A stretch of 52,938 bases of DNA from an uncultured Candidatus Saccharibacteria bacterium. Its GTDB lineage: Bacteria > Patescibacteriota > Minisyncoccia > JACQLN01. The stretch covers positions 1-52,938 of the forward strand of contig CAZGLK010000002.1 of NCBI GenBank assembly GCA_964526375.1, given 5' to 3'. The notes beneath the pieces are model-generated. The model made no database searches. It was given only the letters and a program-made list of their open reading frames with translations, and was not told where the DNA came from. The translations under genes were made by a program, and so were the position numbers. Positions 52,240 through 52,938 of the stretch are shown in pieces. Position 1 is the stretch's first letter. Each line of letters starts with the position of its first letter.

Positions 52240-52938
52240 ATGCGTTTATTGAAAGTGTTACTTAAAAAAGCAACTCCAGCCTCGCTATGGAATCTGGCTC
52301 ATTGGATGTTCGGTTTTGCGGCCGCGGCCGTGTGCCGTTTTCCTTCGCGCAAAATGGTTGTTATTGGAGTAACCGGCACCAACGGCAAGTCCACGGTGGT
52401 GGAATTGATTCACGCGACCTTAAGCAGTTTTGGTTGGAATGTGGCGGCGATGTAATCGGTGAGGTGGTGGCTTAAGGATGAAGTTCAAGACAATGCTTCC
52501 GGTTTGAGCATGGCCGGCGGTTGGCAGCTGCAGAGATTTTTGAAAAAGGCGGCCGCGGCTGGCTGCCAGTATTTTGTTTTGGAAACCACCTCGCAGGGTT
52601 TGGTTCAGCACCGCGCTGCCGCTGTTAATTTTGATGTTGCGGTTATAACCAACCTGCGGCCGGAGCACATTGAAAGCCACGGCTCTTTTGAGAAATACCG
52701 TTCGGCCAAGGCCAAGCTTTTTAAGAAACTCCGTTTGGGAAAGGGCGGTGTCCGAAAAATAAATGTAGTGAATTTGGATGACCCTTCAGCCTTTTTTTAC
52801 GCTCACTTCAAGTCAGATGAGCACTGGGGTTACGGTTTATTTGAAGTTAACAAACGCCCTGGCCTGGAGTGTCTGGTGCCAGAGAGCATTAAGTTTTCGG
52901 GCGACGGCATCAGTTTTGAGCTGGATAATGAAAAGTAT
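52240..52938 (+). pseudogene. Second Mur ligase paralogue interrupted by an in-frame TAA (runs off the window)
   Basis: GVTGTNGKST lies in the first 71 codons. A TAA lies at 52453-52455. The same frame then continues with homology (LETTSQGL, NLRPEHIESHGS) to the window end. Confidence 0.6.

Noticed and set aside
1-52938. A CRISPR array.
   Set aside because: The abundant repeats are palindromic word clusters. They are not regularly spaced direct repeats separated by unique spacers, and no cas genes other than the Csx3-like ORF are present.

Overview
This window reads as an origin-proximal chromosomal segment of a small-genome bacterium, probably CPR/Patescibacteria-like (inference from gene content, not from a search). 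The core synteny is jag-yidC-yidD-rnpA-rpmH | dnaA-dnaN. Other housekeeping genes are yebC-like, ruvC, tyrS, PBP1A, ruvB, a pilB/gspE ATPase, tsaE, polA, mutM, holA, rpsT, uvrB, ruvA, a FemAB-family gene and two Mur ligases. The first 15 kb is a Gram-positive-type T4SS-like cluster: a PG-binding giant protein, a VirB6/TrbL-like protein, PrgI, VirB4 and a VirB2-like pilin with a Cys-rich tail. It is interspersed with three four-helix-bundle (23S-IVS/Avd-like) genes. Most intergenic space in the housekeeping and T4SS parts is built from hairpin-forming short-word palindromes of several families. Some of these words run in frame into coding sequence. The most unusual part is a visibly more G+C-rich island at about 26.8-34.4 kb. 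It holds Fic and three minus-strand type II TA pairs. These alternate with plus-strand units made of a conserved leader with a near-perfect Shine-Dalgarno, a small unrelated ORF and a structured non-coding element. One such element is a textbook type III hammerhead ribozyme at 29173-29235. Two others are an identical 232-nt structured block that I cannot assign to any RNA class. The island also carries a P-loop NTPase plus Csx3/Crn3-like ring-nuclease pair, with no CRISPR-Cas in the window. It has two consensus promoters driving a terminated sRNA-like transcript. Similar hairpins flank it and a 12-nt motif recurs at unit boundaries. No recombinase, reverse transcriptase, CRISPR array, tRNA or rRNA was seen. 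All identities and pairings were judged by eye.
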